A stretch of DNA of 64,000 nt from assembly GCA_964016885.1 (NCBI GenBank), contig OZ024740.1, positions 272,056,001-272,120,000 of the forward strand, written 5' to 3'. The notes under the pieces were generated by a model, which saw nothing but the letters and a program-made list of their open reading frames with translations, did not search any database and had not been told where the DNA came from. The position numbers and the translations under genes were made by a program. Numbering within the stretch: the first letter of the stretch is position 1; the number at the start of each line of letters is the position of its first letter. The DNA comes from Eledone cirrhosa (lineage: Eukaryota). Below, in pieces: positions 1-15,520 of the stretch.

Positions 1-1337
1 CCATTCTTCCATACAGACTGTTCATTAACCGAGAATCCCCAAGAGATATGTGAAATACTGAACGAACAGTACAAAAGTGTGTTCACATGTCCACTGAGGC
101 ACATGCAAAGCCATAACAAAGCCAGAGGAGTTCTTTGATGCCAAAACACTACATGAAGAAATGGCGACCATCAACCACATAGACATAACGAAGGAGGATG
201 TGGTATACGCCATAGATGAAATTAGAAGAGACTCAGCTGCTGGACCTGATGGATTCCCAGCAGTCCTCTTAAAAACATGTAAGCGGGCCTTAGCAACTCC
301 ACTGAAGATGCTCTTCAGAAGCTCCTTGGCTAGCGGTATACTACCCAGGGAGCTGAAAGAAGGCACAATATGCCCTATCCATAAAGGAGGTAGCAGAGTG
401 GAGGCCAAAAACTATAGGCCAGTCTCCCTGACGTCGCATATCAGTAAGGTCATGGAGCGAGTCGTCAGAAAGAAACTGATCACTTTCCTCGAGGAAAATG
501 ACCGCCTGACTAGCACGCAGCATGGCTTCCGCCCAGGAAGAAGCTGCCTTTCACAGCTGCTACATCACTACGACTGGGTACTGAAACAACTGCTAGACAG
601 CTCACATGTGGACGTGATATATCTTGACTTTGCGAAGGACTTTGACAAGGTCGACCACGGAATGATATGTCACAAACTACACGGACTCGGCATAACTGGA
701 AAAGTAGGTGAGTGGCTGCATGACTTCTTAAAGGACAGAAGCCAGACAGTCGCAACAAACGGGGCCCTCTCAAAGGAAACAGCAATAAGAAATGGCGTGC
801 CCCAAGGGACAGTCCTGGCACCACTACTGTTTTTGGTGGCTCTCTCAGACATGCCCTCTGTAGTACATACAACAATATCCCTCACTAGCTATGCTGATGA
901 TACTAAGATAGCACAAGCAATCAAAAACCCGGCTGACGCTGCCCTTTTACAACAAGATCTGGATGCCATATACAAATGGGCAGAAGAAAACAACATGCAG
1001 TTTAATGCTGGCAAATTCTAAGCCCTACAATACAAACCTGCAAACACAAATATAGTACAACACAGTTACGCAGGACCAGGAGGGACCGATATCCCCATGT
1101 CAAAATCGATACGAGACCTGAGTATAGACATGAGCGATGATGCATCTTTTTCCTCACACATCTTGAAAGTGGCGACAATGTGCAGACGACTCGCTGGCTG
1201 GATCTTGAGGACTTTCCGGACAAGAGACCGAGACACCATGTTGACACTATGGAGGCATTTGTCCTAAGCCTCCTGGACTATTGCTCCCAGTTGTGGTCAC
1301 TCCATAGTTTCAAACTAACCACGGAGCTCGAGGCAAT

Positions 1338-1340
<3 letters not shown>
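1..1340 (+). mobile_element. Non-LTR retrotransposon (CR1/L2/Jockey-group) reverse transcriptase region, disrupted and 3'-truncated
   Basis: ORF 161-1021 has AGPDG, NYRPVSLTS, QHGFRPGRSC, YLDFAKDFDKVDH, GVPQGTVL and YADD. After a premature TAA at 1019-1021 homology continues (IRDLSI..., WILRTF, then a frameshift to LDYCSQLWS) until it breaks into (TA)n at ~1340. Confidence 0.93.
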
Positions 1341-1390
<50 letters not shown>

Positions 1391-1404
1391 ATAATATATA
1401 TATA

Positions 1405-1606
1405 TTGACATTGCACTCAGTGCTCCTGTGGGAACCCCTACATGGACACACTAGAAGAGGAAGACCAAAGTTAACGTATGTTGATGCCCTAAGGACAGAC
1501 ACTGGTCTGTTGGAGACGCAGGACATGGCAGCGATAATGAGGGACAGAGACCGCTGGAGAGAACTCGTCCATGGATCTCGGGAATTTTACCCGCCTTAGA
1601 TAGATA
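1405..1606 (+). mobile_element. 3' end of an RTE-like LINE
   Basis: Translates LLWEPLHGHTRRGRPKLTYVDALRTD...DRDRWRELV, the typical RTE C-terminal motif, then a stop and a short tagatagata tail. Confidence 0.75.
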
Positions 1607-1614
1607 TATACACT

Positions 1615-1681
<67 letters not shown>

Positions 1682-1951
1682 TATCATTATAATATTCATA
1701 TACTATAATTTTAATATATATATATATATAATATCTTACATCCTTACGGGGTCGATAAAATAAAGTACCAATAATGTATTGTGATAATTGCTGGCCTTGT
1801 GCCAAAAGTAGAAACAATTATAATATATATATATTATCATTCCCAAAGTATTCTCTAACATATAGATTATACATACACTAGCATTCCGATATTCTAGATT
1901 ATATAGGGTTGTTTGGTTTACACGAAACAACATTTGATCGACAAGCAACAT

Positions 1952-1988
<37 letters not shown>

Positions 1989-2017
1989 AATGATGATGAT
2001 GATAATGATGATGGTGG

Positions 2018-2073
<56 letters not shown>

Positions 2074-2083
2074 GTGATGGTGG

Positions 2084-2123
<40 letters not shown>

Positions 2124-2185
2124 ATTGATGATGATGATGATGATGATGATGATAATGATGATGGTGGTGATGGTGATGATGATGG

Positions 2186-2226
<41 letters not shown>

Positions 2227-2275
2227 CTGATGATGATGATGATAATGATGATGGTGGTGATGGTGATGATGATGG

Positions 2276-2319
<44 letters not shown>

Positions 2320-2329
2320 GTGATGGTGG

Positions 2330-2369
<40 letters not shown>

Positions 2370-2370
2370 A

Positions 2371-2401
<31 letters not shown>

Positions 2402-2538
2402 TGATGGTGATGGTGGTGATGATATTGATGATGATGATGATGATGGTGGTGATGATGGAGATAGTGGTAGCAATGATTGTGATGATGATGATGATGATGA
2501 TGATGATGGTGGTAATGATGATGGTAATGATGATGGTA

Positions 2539-2577
<39 letters not shown>

Positions 2578-2646
2578 GTGATGATGATGGTGATGATGGC
2601 GATGGTGGCGATGATGGTGATGATGGCGATGATGGCGATGATGGTA

Positions 2647-2688
<42 letters not shown>

Positions 2689-2759
2689 TTGATGATGGCG
2701 ATGCTGATGCTGCTGCTGCTGTTGCTGATGGCGATGATGATGATGATGGCGATGATGAT
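1952..2759. repeat. (GAT)n microsatellite, degenerate
   Basis: About 800 bp of gat with ggt/aat/gct variants. Explains the poly-M and poly-S ORFs. Confidence 0.97.
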
Positions 2760-2880
2760 TGGGTCAAGTCAATAATCTTAATTTTAGCGTTGCAGTTCAT
2801 AGTTTAAACTTGATATAACGCCTGTCTGTTTCGTTGTTTATTTGCAAACCACTCTGCAACTCTGGACATACCAACCTACA

Positions 2881-3682
<802 letters not shown>

Positions 3683-3689
3683 TGGTTAC

Positions 3690-6600
3690 GTGAGAGTGGT
3701 GGTAATAGTTGTTGTGGTGATAGTGGAAGCGGTGGTTATAGTGGTGATGATGGTAGTGGTGGTCATGGTGGTAGTGGTGGTCATGGTGGTAGTGGTGGTA
3801 GTGGTGGTCATGGTGGTAGTGGTGGTCATGGTGGTAGTGGTGGTAGTGGTGGTCATGGTGGTAGTGGTGGTCATGGTGGTAGTGGTGGTAATGGTGGTAG
3901 TGGTGGTCATGGTGGTAGTGGTGGTAGTGGTGGTCATGGTGGTAGTGGTGGTCATGGTGGTAGTGGTGGTAATGGTGGTAATGGTGGTAGTGGTGGTAAT
4001 GGTTGTGATGGCGGTAGTGGTTATGGTGGTAGTGGTGGTAATGGTGGAGATGGTGGTACTGTTGATGGCGGTAATGATGATGGTGGTAGTGGTGGTAGTG
4101 GTGGTGATGGTGGTAGAGGTGGTGATGATGGTGATGGTGGTAGAGGTGGTGATGATGGTAGTGGTGGTCATGGTGGTAGTAGTGGTAGTGTGGTAGTGGT
4201 GGTGATGGTGGTAGTGGTGGTGATGGTGGTGATGGTGGTAGAGGTGGTGATGATGGTGATGGTGGTAGAGGTGGTGATGATGGTAGTGGTGGTCATGGTG
4301 GTAGTAGTGGTAGTGTGGTAGTGGTGGTGATGGTGGTAGTGGTGGTGATGGTGGTGATGGTGGTAGAGGTGGTGATGATGGTGATGGTGGTAGAGGTGGT
4401 GATGATGGTAGAGGTGGTCATGGTGGTAGTAGTGGTAGTGGTGGTGATGGTGGTAGTGGTGGTGATGGTGGTGATGGTGGTAGAGGTGGTGATGATGGTG
4501 ATGGTGGTAGAGGTGGTGATGATGGTAGTGGTGGTCATGGTGGTAGTAGTGGTAGTGTGGTAGTGGTGGTGATGGTGGTAGTGGTGGTGATGGTGGTGAT
4601 GGTGGTAGAGGTGGTGATGATGGTAGTGGTGGTCATGGTGGTAGTAGTGGTAGTGTGGTAGTGGTGGTAATGGTGGTAGTGGTGGTGATGGTGGTATTGG
4701 TGGTAATGGTGGTAGGGGTGGTAATGGCGGTGATGGTAATAGTGGTGATGGTGGTAATGGAGGTGGTGGTGATGGTGGCAGTAGTGGTGATAGTGGTAGT
4801 GTTGGAGATGGTGGTAGTGGTGCTGATGGTGGTAGAGGTGGTGATGGTGGTAGTGGTGGTGATGGTGGTAGTGGTGGTGATGGTGGTAGTGGTGGTGATG
4901 GTGGTAGTGGTGGCAATGTTGGTGATGGTGGTAGTGGTGCTGATGGTGGTAGTGGTGGTGATGGTAGTGGTGGTGATGGTGGTAGTGGTGCTGATGGTGG
5001 TAGTGGTGGTGGTGGTAGTGGTGGTAATGGTGGTAGTGTTGGTAGTGGTGGTGATGGTGGTAGTAGTGGTGATGGCGGTAGTGGTGGTAGTGGTGGTGAT
5101 GATGGTAGTGGTGGTGATGGCGGTAGTGGTGGTAGTGGTGGTAGTGGTGGTGATCGTAGTGATCGAAGTAGTGGCTATGATGGTGATGGTAGTAGTGGTG
5201 GTGATGGAGGTAGTGATGGTGGTATTGGTGGTAGTTGTAGTGATAATGGAGGTAGTGGTTGCGGTGGTGATGGTGGTAGTGGTGGTGATAGTGGTAGTAG
5301 TGGTGGTGATGGAGGTAGTAGTGGTGGTGATGGAGGTAGTGGTGGTGATAGTGGTAGTAGTGGTGGTGATGGAGGTAGTAGTGGTGGTGATGGAGGTAGT
5401 GGTGGTGATAGTGGTAGTAGTGGTGGTGATGGAGGTAGTGGTGGTGGTGGTAGAGGTAGTGGTGGTGATGGAGGTAGTGGTGGTGATGGTGGTAATGGTG
5501 GTGATGGAGGTAGTGGTGGTGGAGGTAGTAGTGGTGGTGATGGAGGTAGTGGTGGCGATGGTGGTAGTAGTGGTGGTGATGGAAGTAGTGGTGGTGGTGG
5601 TGGAGGTAGTGGTGGTGATGGAGGTAGTGGTGGTGGAGGTAGTAGTGGTGGTGATGGAGGTAGTGGTGGTGGTGGTAGTGGTAGTGGTGGTGATGGAGGT
5701 AGTGGTGGTGATAGTGGTAGTAGTGGTGGTGGTGGAGGTAGTGGTGGTGATGGAGGTAGTGGTGGTGATGGTGGTAGTGGTGGTGATGGAGGTAGTGGTG
5801 GTGGTGGAGGTAGTGGTGGTGATGGAGGTAGTGGTGGTGGAGGTAGTAGTGGTGGTGATGGAGGTAGTGTTGGTGGTGGAGGTAGTGGTGGTGGTGGTGG
5901 TAGTGGTGGTGGTGATGGAGGTAGTGGTGGTGGTGGTGGTAGTGGTGGTGATGGTGGTGATGGTGGTAGTGTTGGTGGTGGAGGTAGTGGTGGTGATGGA
6001 GGTAGTGGTGGTGATGGAGGTAGTGGTGGTGATAGTGGTAGTAGTGGTGGTGGTGGTGGTAGTGGTAGTGGTGGTGGTGATGGAGGTAGTGGTGGTGGTG
6101 GTGGTAGTGGTGGTGATGGTGGTGATGGAGGTAGTGTTGGTGGTGGAGGTAGTGGTGGTGATGGAGGTAGTGGTGGTGATAGTGGTAGTAGTGGTGGTGG
6201 TGGAGGAAGTGGTGGTGGTGGTAGTGGTGGTGGAGGTAGTGGTGGTGGAGGTAGTGGTGGTGGTGGTGGAGGTAGTGGTGGTGATGGAGGTAGTGGTGGT
6301 GGTGGTAGTGGTGGTGATGAAGGTAGTGGTGGTGGTGGTGGTAGTGGTGGTGGTGGTGGTGATGGTGGTGATGGTGGTAGTGGTGCTGATGATGGTAGTG
6401 GTGGTAATGGCGGTGATGGTGGTGATGGTGGTAGTGGTGGTAGTGATGGAGGTAGTGGTGGTGATGGTCGTAGTGGTGGTAGTGGTGGTGGTGGTGATGG
6501 AGGTAGTGGTGGTGGTGGTAGTGGTGGTGGTGGTGGAGGTAGTAGTGGTAGTGATAGAGGTAGTGGTGGTGGTGGTAGTGGTGGTGATGGAGGTAGTAGT

Positions 6601-7050
6601 GGTAGTGATGGAGGTAGTGGTGGTGGTGGTGGTAGTGGTGGTGATGGAGGTAGTAGTGGTAGTGATGGAGGTAGTGGTGGTGGTGGTGGTAGTGGTGGTG
6701 ATGGAGGTAGTAGTGGTAGTGATGGAGGTAGTGGTGGTGGTGGTGGTAGTGGTGGTGATGGGGGTAGTGGTGGTGGTGGTGGTAGTGGTGGTGATGGAGG
6801 TAGTAGTAGTGGTAGTGGTGGTCGTGATGGAGGTAGTGGTGGTGATGGTGGTGATGGAGTTAGTGATGGTGGTAGTGGTGGTAGTGGTAGGGGTAATGGA
6901 GGTAGTGGTGGTTGTGGTAGTGGTTGTGGTGAAGGTAGTAGTGGTGGTGGTGGTGGTAGTGGTAGTGGCTGTGGTGGTGGTAATGGAGTTGGTGGTGGTA
7001 GTGGTAGTGGTGGTGGTGGTGGTGGTGGTGGTGGTAGTGGTTGTGGTGGA
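3690..7050. repeat. Degenerate (GGT)n/(GAT)n/(AGT)n trinucleotide tract
   Basis: About 3.4 kb that mostly keeps a 3-nt register. Source of the poly-V, poly-T and poly-G ORFs. Confidence 0.96.
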
Positions 7051-7125
7051 AACGGAAAGGTAGCGGTGATAGCGGGAGGACGAAGAAGCAGCCATGCTGT
7101 AATATATTTATTCTCTTTGACACCA

Positions 7126-7581
7126 TAGTCATCACCATCATGATCATGATCATGATCATGATCATGATCATGATCATCATCACCACCATCATCACCATCA
7201 TCATCACCATCACCACCATCACCCTCACCATCACCACCATCACCATCATCATCATCACCATCACCATCACCATCATGATCATCATCACCATCATCACCAT
7301 CACCATCATCATCATCATCATCATCATCACCATCATCACCATCATCATCACCATCACCATCACCATCACCATCACCACCATCACCATCATCATCACCATC
7401 ACCATCATCACCATCACCATCCTCATCATCATCATCATCATCATCATCACCATCATCACCATCATCGTATCATCATCATCATTGTCATCATTGTCATCAT
7501 CATCATCACCCCCTCCTCCTCCTCCTCCTCCTCATCGTCATTCTCATCATCATCGTCATCATCATCACCATCATCATCCTC

Positions 7582-7630
<49 letters not shown>
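7126..7630. repeat. (CAT/CAC)n microsatellite followed by (TA)n
   Basis: Read directly from the sequence. Confidence 0.95.
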
Positions 7631-7637
<7 letters not shown>

Positions 7638-7927
7638 GTGCACTCTGCTTTCCTTTTTGGTTGCTACCTTAATGATGCTGGCTTACTTAAAGTATGGAGG
7701 GAATGAGAAATCGGTCGCAGATACAGAGATACATCGGTTATTCCGATGACTTCGTTTCAATATCGTATTCCCCTCTTGGACGCAACTCACCTCCCCAATT
7801 TCTCTAATACCTCGTCCATTATCACACCCCTAGATTCCTATCGCTTCCTCTTGATCATTAACATCTTCTCTTACAACTAATACATGCCGACTATATATGC
7901 TCACTCCACTTTTCCCTTCACTGCTCT

Positions 7928-10900
7928 GTATACACACATACACACCCTTATATTAACATACTTTTGCTCATAGTTTCGTACTTACATGTATATACACATA
8001 CACACCCTTATATTAACATACTTTTGCTCATAGTTTCGTACTTACATGTATACACACATACACACCCTTATATTAACATACTTTTGCTCATAGTTTCGTA
8101 CTTACATGTATACACACATACACACCCTTATATTAACATACTTTTGCTCATAGTTTCGTACTTACATGTATACACACATACACACCCTTATATTAACATA
8201 CTTTTGCTCATAGTTTCGTACTTACATGTATATACACATACACACCCTTATATTAACATACTTTTGCTCATAGCTTCGTACTTACATGTATACACACATA
8301 CACACCCTTATATTAACATACTTTTGCTCATAGTTTCGTACTTACATGTATACACACATACACACCCTTATATTAACATACTTTTGCTCATAGTTTCGTA
8401 CTTACATGTATATACACATACACACCCTTATATTAACATACTTTTGCTCATAGTTTCGTACTTACATGTATACACACATACACACCCTTATATTAACATA
8501 CTTTTGCTCATAGTTTCGTACTTACATGTATATACACATACACACCCTTATATTAACATACTTTTGCTCATAGTTTCGTACTTACATGTATACACACATA
8601 CTCACACTTATATTAACATACTTTTGCTCATAGTTTCGTACTTACATGTATACACACATACACACCCTTATATTAACATACTTTTGCTCATAGTTTCGTA
8701 CTTACATGTATACACACATACTCACCCTTATATTAACATACTTTTGCTCATAGTTTCGTACTTACATGTATACACACCCTTATATTAACATACTTTTGCT
8801 CATAGTATTGTACTTACATGTATACACACATACACACCCTTATATTAACATACTTTTGCTCATAGTTTTGTACTTACATGTATACACACATACACACCCT
8901 TATATTAACATACTTTTGCTCATAGTTTTGTACTTACATGTATACACACATACACACCCTTATATTAACATACTTTTGCTCATAGTTTCGTACTTACATG
9001 TATACACACATACACACCCTTATATTAACATACTTTTGCTCATAGTTTTGTACTTACATGTATACACACATACACACCCTTATATTAACATACTTTTGCT
9101 CATAGTTTCGTACTTACATGTATACACACATACACACCCTTATATTAACATACTTTTGCTCATAGTTTCGTACTTACATGTATACACACATACACACCCT
9201 TATATTAACATACTTTTGCTCATAGTTTTGTACTTACATCTATACACACATACACACTCTTATATTAACATACTTTTGCTCATAGTTTCGTACTTACATG
9301 TATACACACATACACACCCTTATATTAACATACTTTTGCTCATAGTTTCGTACTTACATGTATACACACATAGTCACCCTTATATTAACATACTTTTGCT
9401 CATAGCTTCGTACTTACATGTATACACACCCTTATATTAACATACTTTTGCTCATAGTTTCGTACTTACATGTATACACACATACACACTCTTATATTAA
9501 CATACTTTTGCTCATAGTTTCGTACTTACATGTATACACACATACACACCCTTATATTAACATACTTTTGCTCATAGCTTCGTACTTACATGTATACACA
9601 CATACACACCCATATATTAACATACTTTTGCTCATAGTTTCGTACTTACATGTATACACACATACACACCCTTATATTAACATACTTTTGCTCATAGTTT
9701 CGTACTTACATGTATACACACATAGACACCCTAATATTAACATACTTTTGCTCATAGTTTCGTACTTACATGAATACACACATTCACACCCTTGTATTAA
9801 CATACTTTTGCTCATAGCTTCGTACTTACATGTATACACACATACACACTCTTATATTAACATACTTTTGCTCATAGTTTCGTACTTACAGGTATACACA
9901 CATACACACACTTATATTAACATACTTTTGCTCATAGTTTCGTACTTGCATGTATACACACATACACACCCTTATATTAACATACTTTTGCTCATAGCTT
10001 CGTACTTACATGTATACACACATACACACCCTTATATTAACATACTTTTGCTCATAGCTTCGTACTTACATGTATACACACATACACACCCTTATATTAA
10101 CATACTTTTGCTCATAGTTTCGTACTTACATGTATACACAAATACACACCCTTATATTAACATACTTTTGCTCATAGCTTCGTACTTACATGTATACACA
10201 CCCTTATATTAACATACTTTTGCTCATAGCTTCGTACTTACATGTATACAGACATACACACCCTTATATTAACATACTTTTGCTCATAGTTTCGTACTTA
10301 CATGTATACAGACATACTCACCCTTATATTAACATACTTTTGCTCATAGCTTCGTACTTACATGTATACACACCCTTATATTAACATACTTTTGCTCATA
10401 GTTTCGTACTTACATGTATACACACATACACACACTTATATTAACATACTTTTGCTCATAGTTTCGTACTTGCATGTATACACACATTCACACCCTTGTA
10501 TTAACATACTTTTGCTCATAGCTTCGTACTTACATGTATACACACATACACACTCTTATATTAACATACTTTTGCTCATAGTTTCGTACTTACATGTATA
10601 CACACATACACACCCTTATATTAACATACTTTTGCTCATAGTTTCGTACTTACATGTATACAGACATACTCACCCTTATATTAACATACTTTTGCTCATA
10701 GCTTCGTACTTACATGTATACACACATAGACACCCTTATATTAACATACTTTTGCTCATAGTTTCGTACTTACATGAATACACACATACACACCCTTGTA
10801 TTAACATACTTTTGCTCATAGCTTCATACTTACATCTATACACACATACTCACCCTTATATTAACATACTTTTGCTCATAGTTTCGTACTTAGATGTATA

Positions 10901-13105
10901 CACACATACACACCCTTATATTAACATACTTTTGCTCATAGCTTCGTACTTACATGTATACACACCCTTATATTAACATACTTTTGCTCATAGCTTCGTA
11001 CTTACATGTATACAGACATACACACCCTTATATTAACATACTTTTGCTCATAGTTTCGTACTTACATGTATACACACATACTCACCCTTATATTAACATA
11101 CTTTTGCTCATAGTTTCGTACTTACATGTATACACAAATACACACCCTTATATTAACATACTTTTGCTCATAGTTTCGTACTTACATGTATACACACATA
11201 CACACCCTTATATTAACATACTTTTGCTCATAGTTTCGTACTTACATGTATACACACATACACACCCTTATATTAACATACTTTTGCTCATAGTTTCGTA
11301 CTTACATGTATACACACATAGACACCCTTATATTAACATACTTTTGCTCATAGTTTCGTACTTACATGAATACACACATACACACCCTTGTATTAACATA
11401 CTTTTGCTCATAGCTTCGTACTTACATCTATACACACATACACACTCTTATATTAACATACTTTTGCTCATAGTTTCGTACTTACATGTATACACACATA
11501 CACACCCTTATATTAACATACTTTTGCTCATAGTTTCGTACTTGCATGTATACACACATACACACCCTTATATTAACATACTTTTGCTCATAGCTTCGTA
11601 CTTACATGTATACACACATACACACCCTTATATTAACATACTTTTGCTCATAGTTTCGTACTTACATGTATACACACATACTCACCCTTATATTAACATA
11701 CTTTTGCTCATAGTTTTGTACTTACATGTATACACACATACACACCCTTATATTAACATACTTTTGCTCATAGTTTCGTACTTACATGTATACACACATA
11801 CACACCCTTATATTAACATACTTTTGCTCATAGTTTCGTACTTACATGTATACACACATAGACACCCTTATATTAACATACTTTTGCTCATAGTTTCGTA
11901 CTTACATGAATACACACATACACACCCTTGTATTAACATACTTTTGCTCATAGCTTCGTACTTACATGTATACACACATACACACTCTTATATTAACATA
12001 CTTTTGCTCATAGTTTCGTACTTACATGTATACACACATACACACCCTTATATTAACATACTTTTGCTCATAGCTTCGTACTTACATGTATACACACATA
12101 CACACCCTTATATTAACATACTTTTGCTCATAGTTTCGTACTTACATGTATACACACATACACACCCTTATATTAACATACTTTTGCTCATAGCTTCGTA
12201 CTTACATGTATACACACATACACACCCTTATATTAACATACTTTTGCTCATAGTTTCGTACTTACATGTATACACACATACACACCCTTATATTAACATA
12301 CTTTTGCTCATAGTTTCGTACTTACATGTATACACACATACACACCCTTATATTAACATACTTTTGCTCATAGTTTCGTACTTACATGTATACACACATA
12401 CTCACCCTTATATTAACATACTTTTGCTCATAGTTTCGTACTTACATGTATACACACATACACACCCTTATATTAACATACTTTTGCTCATAGTTTCGTA
12501 CTTACATGTATATACACATACACACCCTTATATTAACATACTTTTGCTCATAGTTTTGTACTTACATGTATACACACATACACACCCTTATATTAACATA
12601 CTTTTGCTCATAGTTTCGTACTTACATGTATACACACATACACACCCTTAAATTAACATACTTTTGCTCATAGTTTCGTACTTACATGTATACACACATA
12701 CACACCCTTATATTAACATACTTTTGCTCATAGTTTCGTACTTACATGTATACACACATACACACCCTTATATTAACATACTTTTGCTCATAGTTTCGTA
12801 CTTACATGTATACACACATACACACCCTTATATTAACATACTTTTGCTCATAGTTTCGTACTTACATGTATACACACATACTCACCCTTATATTAACATA
12901 CTTTTGCTCATAGTTTCGTACTTACATGTATACACACATACACACCCTTATATTAACATACTTTTGCTCATAGTTTCGTACTGACAAGTATACACTCTCT
13001 TATATTAACATACTTTTGCTCATAGTTTCGTACTTACATGTATACACACATACACACCCTTATATTAACATACTTTTGCTCATAGTTTCATACTTACATG
13101 CACAT
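7928..13105. repeat. 60-bp tandem satellite, about 86 units
   Basis: Unit gtatacacacatacacacccttatattaacatacttttgctcatagtttcgtacttacat; successive 60-nt lines are near-identical. Occasional 52-bp units lack 8 bp of the CA-rich part. Confidence 0.98.
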
Positions 13106-13552
13106 ACACTCTTTCACTCACATATACACACACATTTCTCCTTAGCTTCATACGGACGTATAATAACCCCCCCCCCCCCCCCCTCCACACACCCACGCTT
13201 ACGCACGTGCACAAATCTAGTTCTTTTTACAAAACGGTTATTTTTCCATTTCAGGTAGACGCGCTCCATTATCCACTTTTCTAAAAAGATAAATCATATA
13301 CCAAACTCCAGCACCAACAGTTTTGCAAGAGATGTCAACATGAATGGACCTGTTATTATTATCTAAAGACATTTTTTCCAATTCCAACCCGCCCGTCCCT
13401 TCAATCTATCTTATTTCTCATTCTTTCTTCTGATGAAGGACTAGCGTCAGACACGTTAAAACCCTCTTCCTGCTATATCAAGCGTTAACCTAATATATAT
13501 CCCTTCCATATACTGTACCGACCGATTGTGTTATTATTTCTGTTTACATTTT

Positions 13553-13587
<35 letters not shown>

Positions 13588-13607
13588 CATACATATATAT
13601 ATATATA

Positions 13608-13660
13608 GGGACCGTCCTGATGAAGACCACTCAAGTCTGAAATGTATAGACGGTTGTCCC
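13608..13660 (+). ncRNA. Minimal type I hammerhead ribozyme, intact core
   Basis: gggaccgtc-CTGATGA-agac(cactcaa)gtct-GAAA-tgta-TA-gacggttgtccc. Helix I accgtc/gacggt (extends ggga/tccc across a bulge), 4-bp helix II, self-complementary helix III ATGTAT. Predicted cut after A13648. Confidence 0.8.
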
Positions 13661-13787
13661 CCAATGTGCGTTAGCCCCGGTGTTTGCATAGTTCGGCTTC
13701 TTAAATGCATCCTGTAAAGATACCGTGTTTCTTTAGAATACATAATTTCTATAGATATCTGTATAAAACTATTCTTGAAGCTAAATC

Positions 13788-13914
<127 letters not shown>

Positions 13915-14052
13915 AACTCGTAAACTCGTATTAACGCCTACAGAAAGGTCACTATTTTGATGCCTCTCGTTTTCTTGTGGTATGATCAAATTTGAGCCAA
14001 GAAACCTTGGGTAGCGCCTTTGTTCCGCGTATAAACATAAATTAATAATATA

Positions 14053-14124
<72 letters not shown>

Positions 14125-14635
14125 GAGGAAACATAATAGTACCACTGATGATGTTGCAAATGTGCAACAAAAGAACTTTCATAGACTATATATATATATA
14201 TTTATATCTGTTTTTTAAACAACTGGTCAATCAATGATAAACATTGATTGCCCCAAATAAATTAACTATTGAAATATAAAAGACACCGTAGCGAAAACCA
14301 ATCAAACAATGAGTGTGTTCTGTTATTATTTCTGGCAATATTACAACAGTATGACCCTCCCCAAATATAACAATATATATTTATAGATATCCTGAATTAT
14401 TGCTACGAGAATCTTTTGTGTGATGATAAAAGACTTTAAAAATGTCTTTATTTCTGTTAATGTTATATTACAAAATTTTGATTTTTTTCGTATGTTATGT
14501 TTATAAAGTTTATTTATGTATATGAAGCATTAATTATAAAATGCTGTGTGTGCAGACCTGTGACGTTGGGAAGGAACATAATGGTATTTCCTGTTTTTAT
14601 TGCTCATATTACTTGGTATTGTTATTGATGGAATT

Positions 14636-15080
14636 AAAGGTGGTTGATTGGCAGTATCGGTAGAGGGTCGGACGCCATGCTTTTCAGCATAGAGTTACGG
14701 CTCTTTACGTTCAAATTCCGCCGAGGTTAACTTTACCTTTCACCCTTAGTGGGTTGATAAAATAAAGCACTGCGGTCGATTTAATCGACTTTCCCCTCTC
14801 CCAAATTGCTGGCCTTGTGCCTATACTAGAAATCATTGTTATTGCTGGAATTAGGGCGGTGGATTATTGGCAGTGTCAGTAGAGGGTCGGACGCCATGCT
14901 TTGCAGCACAGAGTTACGTCCCTTTACAGTCTGAGTTCAAATCCCGCCGAGGTTAATTTTGCCTTTCATCCTTACGGGGTCGATAAAATAAAGTACCAGT
15001 CACGCACTAGGGTCGATTTAATCGACTTTCTCCTTCCCCCCAAAGTTGCTGGCCTTGTGCCTATATAAGAAAACATTGTT
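14636..15080 (+). mobile_element. Two tandem copies of the dominant tRNA-derived SINE (family A, Nin/Deu-like core)
   Basis: A-box-like tggcagtatcggtaga, B-box gagttcaaatccc, core gccgaggttaactttgcctttcatccttacggggtcgataaaataaagtaccag, tail gctggccttgtgcc...attatt. Confidence 0.88.
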
Positions 15081-15311
15081 ATTGCTGGAATTGCTCCTCT
15101 AAAGTCGGTTATTTTTCAGGGGTATTTTTAAATGTTGCTGTTTGTGTGCGCATTTTTGTAGACTTACACCTGTAGTGTTTTAGGGATTACTTCATAGCTA
15201 TTAACGTCCTTGACGGTGTTAGTATGAGGGGCGGTTGAAAGTTTCATAGGCTGACTATGAAGGAGTGATGCTAAAGCTGTGAAATCTTGCGTGCATTAAT
15301 TTCAACTATTC

Positions 15312-15484
15312 AGTGGGTTGGCAGTATCGGTAGAGATTCGGACGCCATGCTTTTCAGCATAAAGTTACGGTCTGAGTTCAAATCCTGCCTAGGGTCATTT
15401 TGCCTTTCATGCTTACGGGGTCGATAAAATAAAGCACCAGTAATGCACTGGGTAATTGCTGGCCTTGTGCTAAAAGTAGAAATA
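15312..15484 (+). mobile_element. SINE family A inserted in the MITE with a 17-bp target-site duplication
   Basis: attaatttcaactattc at both 15295-15311 and 15485-15501. Confidence 0.9.
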
Positions 15485-15520
15485 ATTAATTTCAACTATT
15501 CTTATGGATAACTGATTTGT

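Noticed and set aside
7928-13105. CRISPR array or repeat-protein gene (20-aa repeat ORFs)
   Set aside because: There are no unique spacers and no cas genes. The frames are open only because the unit is 60 bp, and they break at the 8-bp deletions.
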